A DNA stretch of 64,000 nt, taken from Polyangiaceae bacterium (GTDB lineage: Bacteria; Myxococcota_A; Polyangia; Polyangiales; Polyangiaceae). The stretch covers positions 18,389 through 82,388 of the forward strand of contig JAWKRD010000035.1 of assembly GCA_041389805.1 (NCBI GenBank), in the 5' to 3' direction. Of this stretch, positions 1-8,924 are shown in pieces. Below the pieces are notes generated by a model. That model was not told the DNA's origin. It searched no databases and saw only the letters and a list, made by a program, of their open reading frames with translations. The stretch's first letter is position 1. Every line of letters starts with the position of its first letter. A program made the position numbers and the translations under genes.

Positions 1-1
1 G

Positions 2-427
2 GTCCCCGAGGTCGCCGCGTGGTGGTTCGAGGCGTGGGAAGGCTGGCCCTACGCATCGAGCGAGGGCGTCGCAGAGGAGCTGCGAGGCGAGCTGAGTCGC
101 GACACGTTACCCATCCAGGTGATCGCACTCCAGGGCGGCGCCGCGATTGGCTCCGCGGTGCTCAAGCAGCAGGAAATGCGCAAGAGCTTTCCAGAGTTCG
201 AGTTCTGGCTCGGCAATGTCTACGTCAAGCCGGAGTACCGCGGACGCAAGCTCGCGACGCAGCTCGCACTTCACGTCGAGAGCGTCGCCCTCGCACGTGG
301 CGTGGCTCAGCTGTACCTGGCGACGGAGCAGCTGGACGGCGGGCTCTACGCGAAGATCGGCTACCGCGCCGTGGTGGAGACGCGCAAGCGGGACGCCGAC
401 GTGCTGGTGATGGTCAAGCGGATCTAG
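2..427 (+). CDS. GNAT family N-acetyltransferase, 5' end outside window
   Basis: The reading frame is open from the window edge (VPEVAAWWFEAWEGW...). The C-terminal part carries a GNAT-type acetyl-CoA motif (VYVKPEYRGRKLATQLAL ... LYAKIGY). Confidence 0.7.
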   Translation, partial: VPEVAAWWFEAWEGWPYASSEGVAEELRGELSRDTLPIQVIALQGGAAIGSAVLKQQEMRKSFPEFEFWLGNVYVKPEYRGRKLATQLALHVESVALARGVAQLYLATEQLDGGLYAKIGYRAVVETRKRDADVLVMVKRI

Positions 428-697
428 TTCACGGCTCACGGATCCATATCCTCGCGGTAACATTCGCGCGCGCTGCTCCTCCCCCCAAAATCCAACTCCG
501 ATCTCTCCCCGGCGTCCGACCTCGCCGTGAACCGCAACGGCCGTTTGTTCGCGTCCTCGAGCAGAATGCTCGCGCCCTGGATTTGGGGAGAGGGTAGTCG
601 CCAGCTCAGTCGAGCTTGGTGCAGCTCAGGGCTTGCTCAGTGAGGCCGAGGCGTACGCCAGACCAACGGAGCTTGGCTTCGCCGAAAGGAAATTCCC

Positions 698-1345
698 ATG
701 AGCATCGAACTTGGATTGAAGCAAAAAGGCGTGTGGCATTGGACACTTGGAGCGCTGACACTGGCGCTGATGGTCGCCTGTGGCGGCGGCGATGGAGACG
801 GATCTGGCGGCAACTCGGGCGGCAGTGGCAATGGCGGCAGCGGCAACGGCGGCACCGGCAACACCAACGGTGGCAGCGGCAATGGTGGTAGCGGCAACGC
901 ACCCAGCTGTAATCAGGTGTGCGATGCACTGGCCGAGTGCGGTGTCGACGGGGACCAGTGCGCGGGCGTCTGCGATGGACTCCCCGAAGCGTGTCGTGCT
1001 TGCTTGGTAAGCGAGGGTTGCGACTCGCCGACCTGCGAAGCCCCATGCACCGATGGCAGCGGCGGTAGCGGCAATGGCGGCAACGGCGGTGGCGGTAACG
1101 GCGGCAACGGGGGCAGTGACAACGGCGGAAATGGTGGCGGCGGCAACGGCGGCACGGCCAACGACGCGTGGGGTCAGAAGTGCTCGGTGATCCTCGAAGA
1201 CTGCCCAGGGTCTTACGACTGCTTGAACAAGAACGGCAGTACCTTGGAAGATGGGATCTGCACGCAGGCCTGCACCAGCTTCGCAGATTGCCCGACGTTC
1301 TGGGATTGCACCCAGGTTGGCAGCGGCAAGTACTGTTTTCCGTGA
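698..1345 (+). CDS. Secreted Gly/Asn-rich, Cys-rich lipoprotein
   Basis: ATG preceded by an AAAGGA ribosome-binding site. Signal peptide with lipobox LMVAC, (GNGG)n low-complexity linkers and two Cys-rich blocks. Confidence 0.7.
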   Translation: MSIELGLKQKGVWHWTLGALTLALMVACGGGDGDGSGGNSGGSGNGGSGNGGTGNTNGGSGNGGSGNAPSCNQVCDALAECGVDGDQCAGVCDGLPEACRACLVSEGCDSPTCEAPCTDGSGGSGNGGNGGGGNGGNGGSDNGGNGGGGNGGTANDAWGQKCSVILEDCPGSYDCLNKNGSTLEDGICTQACTSFADCPTFWDCTQVGSGKYCFP

Positions 1346-1399
1346 AGAATGAGGACCGTGCTCCGTAAAACAACGGACGCACGCCTCGCGTGAATCCCA

Positions 1400-4306
1400 A
1401 TGTCCAAGCTGGAGCTCCTGCGCCGATCGTTACCGCTCTCGTTGCGGCTGCCCAACCCACCTCCGGTGTGGGTCGGGCGGCAGAGCGAAGTGGAGGCGTT
1501 GGTGCAGGCGCTCGAGCGCGGACCGTTGGTCATGGTCTGGGGTCCGAGTGGGATTGGAAAGACAGCGTTGGTGCAGCGCACGCTGCACACCCGCTTCCCT
1601 GACCGTGTGCCACGTACGCTGGTGCTGCGACTGGCTCCCGAGGCGACCCTCGAGCAGACCTTGAGCAGCTTGGTGAGCGCGCTGGTTGGCATTCACCAGC
1701 TCACCATGGACTTGAAGCCACTGGTTGCGAACCGAGAGTCGCTCGTTGCGACAGCCCTCGATTTGGCAGAGCTCGAAGTCGAAGGTGACCCGCAGTCGGC
1801 GCTCGCGGGCGGCTTCTGGATCGTGCTCGATGACGTCCAGCACCTACCGCTTGCCGATCTCGAGGCGTTGCTCGCGGCCCTCGCACAGCACGCGACGCGC
1901 AGTCGCTGGATCGCCATCGGTCGACAACGCCTGGAGCTCGACGTCGCCCGCGGCCAGTCCCTGGCAGTGACCGGATTCGATGAACCCGATCTCGAACGCA
2001 TGGCGAGCGCGTGGTTCCCGGACGTCGATCACGATCCGGAGCTCTTGGCCCGCGCCGGAGGCTCGCCGTGGCGCCTGCTCAGGTTGCTGTCTGGCTCGGC
2101 GCTCGAAGCGGGAGACGATCCCCTCGCAGACGTAGCTGAAAGCGCGCGACCGCTGCTTCGCTTGCTGTCGATGATCGAGCTACCGCTGGGTGCTGCGGTC
2201 GTGCAGCGCCTCCACGCGCCGGTCGACATCGACGCGCTGGTACACCAGGGCCTGCTCGAACGCGGCCCCGCCGGAGTGCGCATCCACGACTCCCAGCGCA
2301 GCCTGATGCGAGCTGGGCTGAGTCGCTCCGACGCGAGTCGCCTCGAGACGAAAGCGGCAGAGCTGCTCGCGGGGGAGAGCGAGCCCTTCGCCTGGCTCGA
2401 GGCGCTCCGCTTATTTCTGCATGGCAATAACATAACCTCGGCGCAGCAGCTGCTCGACCGACACCTGAGCGCGCTCATCGAGCAGGGCTATGAAGCCCAC
2501 TTGTGGCGTCTGCTGGAAGGCCTGAGCGATCCGAACCTGGCGGCGGCGCGCATCGAAATCGCGGTCGAGCTGGCGGATCCGAAGGCTGTCCCCAAGCTGA
2601 CGTTACCCGCTGCCCCGTCCCACCAGGACCGCTTGCGCTGGGGCAAGCTCTTGCGCATCGCCGGGCGCTTCGACGAAGCACTGGAGACCGTCGATTCGCT
2701 GGTCGAGGACGCAAACACCCTGGGTGACGCTCGGGTGGCGTTCTTCGCCAACATCTTGCGCGCCAACCTGGCGCTGGACAGACATCAACCGCAGTCCGCG
2801 CGAGAGCTGCTCGAGTCACTCGCCCCGAGCACGCCGCTGGAGAGCGTCGAGCGAGATATCTTGCTAGCCGTTGCCCTGGGGCAATGCGGAGAGCACAGCG
2901 ACTCGGTCGGGCTGGCGAAGCGCATCGAACCACGCCTCGCAGATCTGGAGGATCGCAGCGGCGACTTGCGCCGTGGCCTCGGCTGGGTGCTCTACTCTGC
3001 TGGAGCGATCCGCCGCGCTCGAGACGTGGTGCGACCATTGCTCGCGGAGAAGCGCGCGTCACGGCTCCACGGGCTCGGCCCAGCTCGGCTCCTGTTCTTG
3101 GCCCTGGGGGCCTCCCTCGACTGTGGTGAGCTAGCGGAGGCCAGCGTATTCTTGGGACGCCTGCGCAAGATGTCCGGCTCCGCGTTTCAGCGTGCTTTTA
3201 CCCACTTTCTGGAGGTCCAGCAGTTGCTCGCACAAGGTTACCTCGAGGAAGCGCGTGAAGCCTGCGTCAGCGTGGATGGACCCGCGAAGGAGTATCAGCG
3301 CTTCGACTTGCTCTCCGCCGTAGGTGCAGTGCGCTGCCGCATCGCCCTGGGCGTGGGAGAGCCGCCGAGCGCGGAGCTGGCGCCTTCTGGCTCCAGCACC
3401 TCGGAGCACGACGATCTGCACCGGCTGCACCACTACGCGCTACGTGGGGCCTGGGCGCTGGAAGACACACCCCCTGCGCTCTCCGAGCCTGCGCATCCTG
3501 AGGTCGCGGCCACGGCGGCCTATGTGTCCGCGTTTCGAGACCTGACCCGTGGTGATCCACACGCAGCGGTCGAAGCGTCACGGCGCGCCCGCACCTTGGC
3601 CCGCAACACCGACTACCGCTTGATCGAACACGCGGCGCTGGTCACTCAGGTGGAGAGCGAGCTCATCTCCGATCTGGATCAGGCGACGCTCGCACGCAGC
3701 GTCGGGGAGCTGGAGAGCCTGGCGCGCGCCATGGATCTCGAGCTGGGAGTGCAGCTCGGCGAGCTGATGCGCTGTGGCGGCGCCCTCGGCAACGTCGACC
3801 CTCTGGGGCTCGAACGCCTGGCGCAGAGCCCCTTTCCGAACGTCCAGCGCCGAGCGCTGGCACTGCTTGGAGACGAGGTCCAGCTCAGCCCGTACGAGGA
3901 ACTGGTCGTGGCAGCCCATCGCAGGCGCTGCGGCATGCATGTGGAGGTCGCCAACTGCAGTCGGGGCAAGGACCGCAGCGCGAACTTGATCCCCGCGGGA
4001 ATGGACCCACGAAGCGCAGAGCTGTGGTTCGCGGGCAAGGTCACCAACCTGCGCAGTCGGCAGCTGCTGTGGCGGCTGCTCGAGCTACTCGCCGATAGTG
4101 ACGAGCCCTTGAGCAAGGAAGAGCTGATCGTACAAGCCTGGGAGCTCGACGCGTATCATCCCCTGCGCCATGACGCGCGCCTGCACACGGCGGTTTCGGC
4201 GATTCGCAAGGCGATCGGCTCGGAGCACACCATCGTGCAGAGCACCGCGGAGGGCTACCGGATTGCCGAGAACGTGCTGCTCCGGCGCCTGGTGCCGACT
4301 ACGTAG
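1400..4306 (+). CDS. STAND-type P-loop NTPase regulator with helical repeats and a C-terminal OmpR/PhoB-type winged-helix DNA-binding domain
   Basis: Walker A (VWGPSGIGKTALV) and Walker B-like (FWIVLDDVQHL) motifs, followed by a long Leu/Ala-rich helical region. The C-terminus (LSKEELIVQAWELDAYHPLRHDARLHTAVSAIRKAIG...AEGYRI) matches the trans_reg_C pattern. Confidence 0.75.
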   Translation: MSKLELLRRSLPLSLRLPNPPPVWVGRQSEVEALVQALERGPLVMVWGPSGIGKTALVQRTLHTRFPDRVPRTLVLRLAPEATLEQTLSSLVSALVGIHQLTMDLKPLVANRESLVATALDLAELEVEGDPQSALAGGFWIVLDDVQHLPLADLEALLAALAQHATRSRWIAIGRQRLELDVARGQSLAVTGFDEPDLERMASAWFPDVDHDPELLARAGGSPWRLLRLLSGSALEAGDDPLADVAESARPLLRLLSMIELPLGAAVVQRLHAPVDIDALVHQGLLERGPAGVRIHDSQRSLMRAGLSRSDASRLETKAAELLAGESEPFAWLEALRLFLHGNNITSAQQLLDRHLSALIEQGYEAHLWRLLEGLSDPNLAAARIEIAVELADPKAVPKLTLPAAPSHQDRLRWGKLLRIAGRFDEALETVDSLVEDANTLGDARVAFFANILRANLALDRHQPQSARELLESLAPSTPLESVERDILLAVALGQCGEHSDSVGLAKRIEPRLADLEDRSGDLRRGLGWVLYSAGAIRRARDVVRPLLAEKRASRLHGLGPARLLFLALGASLDCGELAEASVFLGRLRKMSGSAFQRAFTHFLEVQQLLAQGYLEEAREACVSVDGPAKEYQRFDLLSAVGAVRCRIALGVGEPPSAELAPSGSSTSEHDDLHRLHHYALRGAWALEDTPPALSEPAHPEVAATAAYVSAFRDLTRGDPHAAVEASRRARTLARNTDYRLIEHAALVTQVESELISDLDQATLARSVGELESLARAMDLELGVQLGELMRCGGALGNVDPLGLERLAQSPFPNVQRRALALLGDEVQLSPYEELVVAAHRRRCGMHVEVANCSRGKDRSANLIPAGMDPRSAELWFAGKVTNLRSRQLLWRLLELLADSDEPLSKEELIVQAWELDAYHPLRHDARLHTAVSAIRKAIGSEHTIVQSTAEGYRIAENVLLRRLVPTT

Positions 4307-5131
4307 TGGCGAAGCGACGCTTGAAGGCCGCCAGCGTTCCGCGATCCTTGCTGCGGTCGTGGACCGCGAACAACACGCGATCGAAGCACCCTGCGAAGCG
4401 CGCAGAGGTCAGGTGCTGACCAAAAACGTCCGCTACCTGCGAAGGCTGATTACGGAATACACCGCAACCCCAGGCTCCAAGCACCAGCACACGGTGCCGC
4501 TGATCCGCTGCAACCATGAGCACCTTTGCCGCGCGGCGACGCAGAGTCTCCTCGACCTCAGGCAGACAGCCAGTGTCCCGCTTGAGCGCTTCGCCAGCGT
4601 TGGGCGCGGGCGCCGTGATCACACCAGCGGAGAACGGCTCGTCGATCAAGTCGGTGCTCCGCGAGCGGAAGAACGGCACCGCGGGCGAGTAGATGATGTG
4701 ATCCGTGTAGAGCATCGAGTCGAGTGCCCGGTTCACCTTGTAGTACGCCGCCACCGCGGGAGACGTCAGACAAGGGTGCAGCGCCGAACAGCGGGTTACG
4801 TCCTCTTCCTGCGCCTTGGCGCCGTTGATGAAGCCGCCGCCTGGATTCCTAGCGGAAGCAAAGTTGAGCAATGCGACGTGGGTCTCGCCCTCACTGACCA
4901 GACGCCGGGCCCCGATCTGAGTCGTTTCGTCGCTGACTTCGACGCGAGGCGCCGTTCCAGGACCACCGGGCAGGGCCAGCAGATCATCGAGCTCAGTTGG
5001 TGTGTAGAGACGCGTCTCTACAACCGCCGCCTCGATCTGCGAGCCGATTTCGACTCGCCCACCCGAGGGCCGACGTAGGACCCCGCGTCGCAAATCGCGA
5101 GAGTATCGCGAGCGACCTGTTTGAGTGACAT
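4299..5131 (-). CDS. TIGR02452/DUF2263 microbial PARG-like macrodomain protein, apparently interrupted by a 1-nt frameshift near 5067-5069
   Basis: The core motif LNFASARNPGGGFINGAKAQEEDVTRCSAL is present. The family-typical N-terminus (MSLKQVARDTLAICDAGSYVGP) is read from the ATG at 5131 in a different frame and joins the main frame (SGGRVEIGSQIEAAVVETRLYTP) at a CCC run. The span is 833 nt, which becomes 834 if one base is restored. Confidence 0.7.
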
Positions 5132-5194
5132 AGCCCCCTTGGTGTAGCACCAACACTAAGCCACGCAAGCGCCGACGGCCGATTTTCAGGTTTG

Positions 5195-5219
5195 GGGGTG
5201 AGGCACACTGGCTCACCCC
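5195..5219 (-). terminator. Hairpin downstream of the DUF2231 gene (8-bp stem GGGGTGAG/CTCACCCC, 9-nt loop), no U-tract
   Basis: Inverted repeat read directly from the sequence, 12 nt after the stop at 5231. It overlaps one copy of the G-rich motif. Confidence 0.35.
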
Positions 5220-5230
5220 GCGGCACGCTG

Positions 5231-5745
5231 TCAGTCGTCGTCGTCATCCTCACCGGTCGCTGCGACCGCTGGCATATCCTTCTGGAAATTCGTTCCTTGA
5301 TAGGCCTGGGCTGCGCCGGGTAAACCAGGCGGCCGCCGGCCTCTCCCGTCAGGTAGCCGAGCGCCAGCACCCCAAGCGTGCCCGCCGTCGCAAGGCCAGC
5401 GACGGCGCGCCCAGCGGGTCTCCGCGACAGCGCGCCACCGAGCAGCATCAGCCCCAGCACCACGCCGCTCGCCAACATGAAGCGTTGCGCGGCGTGCTCG
5501 TGTGCCTCGATGTAGCTCTCGGCGACTACGCGCTCCACGCGCTCCTCGTCCGCTTCTCCGCTGCGCAACGCCCCGATCCCCGAGATGACGAGCACCAGCT
5601 GGAGCAGCACTGCGATGAACCACGCGCGGCCAGGGAGCCACTCACGCCACCAGGCGAAGAGCAACCCAGCTGTCACCAGCGGCATCAACACCGCGAGCGC
5701 GATGGGCAAGTGAACCAACTTGGGATGAAAAAACAGCGAGTCCAT
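5231..5745 (-). CDS. DUF2231-like integral membrane protein, apparent 1-nt frameshift near 5316-5320
   Basis: ATG at 5745 with a GGAGG ribosome-binding site. N-terminus MDSLFFHPKLVHLPIALAVL, with 4 predicted transmembrane segments. After GGRLVY the family-like tail GAAQAYQGTNFQKDMPAVAATGEDDDDD continues in another frame. The span is 515 nt, or 516 with one base restored. Confidence 0.55.
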
Positions 5746-5830
5746 GACTGACCTCCACGTCTTGGCTAAACGTGGGCTCGTTCGCAGGCGCACACCATCC
5801 GGCAAACGTCGGACGTCCCCGTGAGTCACG

Positions 5831-5992
5831 TTACGTTGCATCCGGCCAGCAATCCGCCATCTGGACCTGTGACCCGATCTCCATCACGCGTTCCGTGGGG
5901 ATATTGAAGAAGGTGGTGTGATCGATGGCGTACGCCTCCACCTGGTGGCGCCTTGCAAATTCGATGGCCTCGAGGGCTGGGCCGACTCTCAC
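5831..5992 (-). CDS. Unlisted 53-aa ORF whose GTG start overlaps the histidine kinase stop (GTGA)
   Basis: Hand translation gives (M)RVGPALEAIEFARRHQVEAYAIDHTTFFNIPTERVMEIGSQVQMADCWPDAT. About 80 % of third codon positions are G/C, which is coding-like for this genome. It falls below the ORF-track length cutoff. Confidence 0.35.
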   Translation of the reverse strand: MRVGPALEAIEFARRHQVEAYAIDHTTFFNIPTERVMEIGSQVQMADCWPDAT

Positions 5993-7773
5993 CGTGCCTT
6001 GGGGATCGTCAACCAGACCCGTGCGCCACCGAGGGGCGAGTCCGCGGCGCCCACCTCTCCCCCATGCGCGTTGACGATGTCACGCACGATGCTCAGACCG
6101 AGACCGTTGCCCTGTTTGGTCGTCCCCGGCACGCGGAAGAACTTCGAGAAGACTCGCTCCCGGAGCTCCTGAGGGATCCCGCGCCCCGCGTCGTCCACGA
6201 AGATCCGAACCGTTCCGTGCTGCGACTCGAAACCGACCTCGACGTCGCTGCCTCCGCTGTGGACCAGTGCGTTCTCGATCAGGTTGTCCAGAGCCCGCGC
6301 CAGGCGCGCAGCATCCGCATCCACCTCGAGTAGACCATCGCCTTGAAGGGCGACGAGACGCGAACCGAGCTGTCGCGCACGAGGTTCGAGACGCGCGACG
6401 GCATCACGCAGTGCCTCGGCCACATTCACCTTGGAGAGCGCGAGTGTCGCTGCGCCAGACTCGAGACGCGCGAGTTCGAGGAGCTCCTCGACCACCGACT
6501 GCAAGCGCTCGCAGTCACTGCGAGCCGTCGCCAGCAAGTCCTGCTGGCGATCCGTGATAGGTCCTGCAGCGCCCTCTAGGCACAAGTGCACGGCCATGTG
6601 GAGCGAGGTGAGCGGCGTCCGCAACTCATGGGCCGCCGCGGCGACCAGATCGCCGTGAAAGCCCTCCAGGCGGCGCATCGTCGACACATCCCGAAGCGCG
6701 ACCGTGATCCCGGACAGCAACCCATCGCGCGCCCGCACCGGAGTCGCTCCCGCAAGCAGCCAGCGGGGAGTTGGCGCACCAGGTACCTCGACCGCGTCAG
6801 CAATCGATCGCGGTTCATAGGCTTGGCCCGTCTCCTTCACCGTCTCGAATGCATTCCGCACGGCATCTTGCAGCGCCTCTGGCAGGGCTTCCAGCGTCAG
6901 TTCGTGCCCCGTCCACTGAACGACGACTTGATTGTTTGCCGTGGGCGTCCCGTCCAGGTCGTAGACGATGACTCCATCCGCCAGGCTGTCCATTACCGAC
7001 TCGAGGCGCCCATTGGCTTCCAGGAGCTCGCCGACGCTGCTCTGTCGATACCTGAGCAGTCGCTCCGCCATGTCGTTGAACGAACGCGACAGCGACGCGA
7101 TCTCATCGCTCCCAGAGAAACGGATGCGAGCCTCGAAGTCCCCATCAGCGAGTCTGCCTACCGCGCGCTCCAGGACTCGCACCGGGGCCAAGGTGCGTCG
7201 CAGGGACGTGCCGGTGAACACCAACGCGAGCAACAGGGCCACGAGGGCAGCGCTCCCAAGCATCACGCCGATGCGACGAGACTCCTCCCGGGCGAGGTCG
7301 CTCTTCCGATGCATTGCCCCGCGGTTCGTATCCAGAATGGTGTCGACTGCCGCCTGGAGCTCGCCGGAACGCTTGAGATAACCTTCCAGCCGAGACGTGG
7401 ACGAAGCCTCATCCAGATCCGCCACGTAGCGCTCCCAGCGCGTGCGCAACGCCTTGGTAGCTTCTCTCTCGCCGGTCTCGGTGATGTTGCCTTCTTGCGT
7501 GCGTAGCTCTCGATCAAAGTCGGCGATCGCCTGCGCCGCAGTCTCGCGCTGAAACGGTTCCCTGCGGAGAGCTGCAGCGAACACGAGACCGTCGATGGTA
7601 TCGATCGCGTGAACCATGTTGCGGCCCGCGTCGAAGCTCTTGAAGTTCTGCTGCAGGATCGCGTCCGGTGCGCTCCCGAAGCGAAACGCCGCGTACAAGG
7701 CCCCACCAGTAGTCAGAACTAGGGCCAGGACCAGCGGTAGCGTGGTCAGCAGCAACTTGCCGCGCAACGTCAT
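5989..7773 (-). CDS. Sensor histidine kinase (two transmembrane segments with a periplasmic helical sensor, HAMP, PAS, HisKA, HATPase_c), last gene of the kdp string
   Basis: H-box AAAHELRTPLTSL, a HAMP-like LAPVRVLERAVGRLADGDFEARI and G-box GNGLGLSIVRDIV. Its ATG overlaps the stop of the KdpD N-terminal domain gene. Confidence 0.85.
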   Translation of the reverse strand: MTLRGKLLLTTLPLVLALVLTTGGALYAAFRFGSAPDAILQQNFKSFDAGRNMVHAIDTIDGLVFAAALRREPFQRETAAQAIADFDRELRTQEGNITETGEREATKALRTRWERYVADLDEASSTSRLEGYLKRSGELQAAVDTILDTNRGAMHRKSDLAREESRRIGVMLGSAALVALLLALVFTGTSLRRTLAPVRVLERAVGRLADGDFEARIRFSGSDEIASLSRSFNDMAERLLRYRQSSVGELLEANGRLESVMDSLADGVIVYDLDGTPTANNQVVVQWTGHELTLEALPEALQDAVRNAFETVKETGQAYEPRSIADAVEVPGAPTPRWLLAGATPVRARDGLLSGITVALRDVSTMRRLEGFHGDLVAAAAHELRTPLTSLHMAVHLCLEGAAGPITDRQQDLLATARSDCERLQSVVEELLELARLESGAATLALSKVNVAEALRDAVARLEPRARQLGSRLVALQGDGLLEVDADAARLARALDNLIENALVHSGGSDVEVGFESQHGTVRIFVDDAGRGIPQELRERVFSKFFRVPGTTKQGNGLGLSIVRDIVNAHGGEVGAADSPLGGARVWLTIPKAR

Positions 7774-8921
7774 CGGGGCACCTCCTCCGAAGAGAGCAGG
7801 TGCAGATCGAACCCTTGCGCGCGGCGCACCAGACGCTGCGGTACTGTGAGCCCAAACACTTGCTTGTACCAGGGCTGGTCAGTCACCCCGATCACGATGT
7901 CGGTCACGCCGTTGGCCCGAGCAAACTCCAGAATCCCCTCCACTGGCTCGGTTGCCTTGATGTGTTGTACGTCCGCCCCCAGGTCCCGCGCCATCTGCTG
8001 GCCGTCGAACAGATGCCTCTGGGTCGACGCATCGATGCGCGTCGGCCCCTCGCTCGGTGTTTCCACGTAGAGCGCGTACCAGTGCACGTTCAGGCGACCC
8101 GCCATGCGGGAAGCTCGCCGCAATAGCGACCGAGTCCGGGGCGAGCGCGAGCTCAGGCAAACCATCACGCGACCTCCGGTCGCGCGCTCCGCCGGTTGTA
8201 CGAGTTTCTGGGATCCATCTGTTGGCTGAGCACGCCCAACCGCCTCCGCCACCTCTCTCAGGGACAGCTCTCGCAGCGCCGTCAGGTTCTGTACCTGGAA
8301 GAAGTTCCCGAGCGCCCAGGCGACGCGATCCTGAGGGTAGATCTTCCCGGCCCGCAGACGCTCCAGCAAATCGTCCGGGGGCAAGTCGATGTTGATGATC
8401 TGATCCGCGCGGCGAAGAAACGAATCCGGGACGGTCTCGTGCACCTTGACGCCCGTGGCCTTGCGCACGACGTCGTTCAGGCTCTCCAGGTGCTGGATGT
8501 TGAACGCGCAGTAGACGTGGATTCCCACTCGGAGCAGATCGAGGATGTCTTCGTAGCGCTTCTTGTGCCCGCTACCTGGTGCGTTGGTGTGCGCGACCTC
8601 GTCGATCAGTGCGATCTCCGGAGCCCTGCGCTTGACCGCGTCCAAATCCAGCTCCGCTAACTCGACCCCTCGGTACTCAATCTTCCTGGGAGGAACGCAC
8701 TCGAGCCCCTCGACGAGCGCCATCGTTTCCGCGCGGCCATGACTCTCTACCACCCCCACCACTACATCTACGCCGCGCTTCTTCAGCTGCTGCGCCTCCT
8801 GAAGCATGCGGTAGGTCTTTCCGACCCCCGCCGCCGGCCCCAGGAACACCTTCAAGCGGCCCTGACGCGAGCGGCGAACCAGCTCCAAGAACTCGTCAGA
8901 TCGCGTTTGCGGCTCGGACAT
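7770..8921 (-). CDS. kdpD: Stand-alone KdpD N-terminal sensor domain plus Usp domain protein (no transmembrane, GAF or kinase part)
   Basis: GRLKVFLGPAAGVGKTYRMLQEAQQLKKRGVDVVVGVVESHGRAET is the KdpD N-terminal P-loop signature. The C-terminal half is Usp-like (VMVCLSS...ILEFARANGVTDIVIG). Confidence 0.85.
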   Translation of the reverse strand: MSEPQTRSDEFLELVRRSRQGRLKVFLGPAAGVGKTYRMLQEAQQLKKRGVDVVVGVVESHGRAETMALVEGLECVPPRKIEYRGVELAELDLDAVKRRAPEIALIDEVAHTNAPGSGHKKRYEDILDLLRVGIHVYCAFNIQHLESLNDVVRKATGVKVHETVPDSFLRRADQIINIDLPPDDLLERLRAGKIYPQDRVAWALGNFFQVQNLTALRELSLREVAEAVGRAQPTDGSQKLVQPAERATGGRVMVCLSSRSPRTRSLLRRASRMAGRLNVHWYALYVETPSEGPTRIDASTQRHLFDGQQMARDLGADVQHIKATEPVEGILEFARANGVTDIVIGVTDQPWYKQVFGLTVPQRLVRRAQGFDLHLLSSEEVPR

Positions 8922-8924
8922 GAG

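Noticed and set aside
4993-5841. A 282-aa ORF that would overlap the PARG-like gene by more than 200 nt.
   Set aside because: The first 32 codons precede a good RBS/ATG at 5745. The last ~110 codons are an out-of-frame read-through caused by the apparent frameshift at about 5316-5320.
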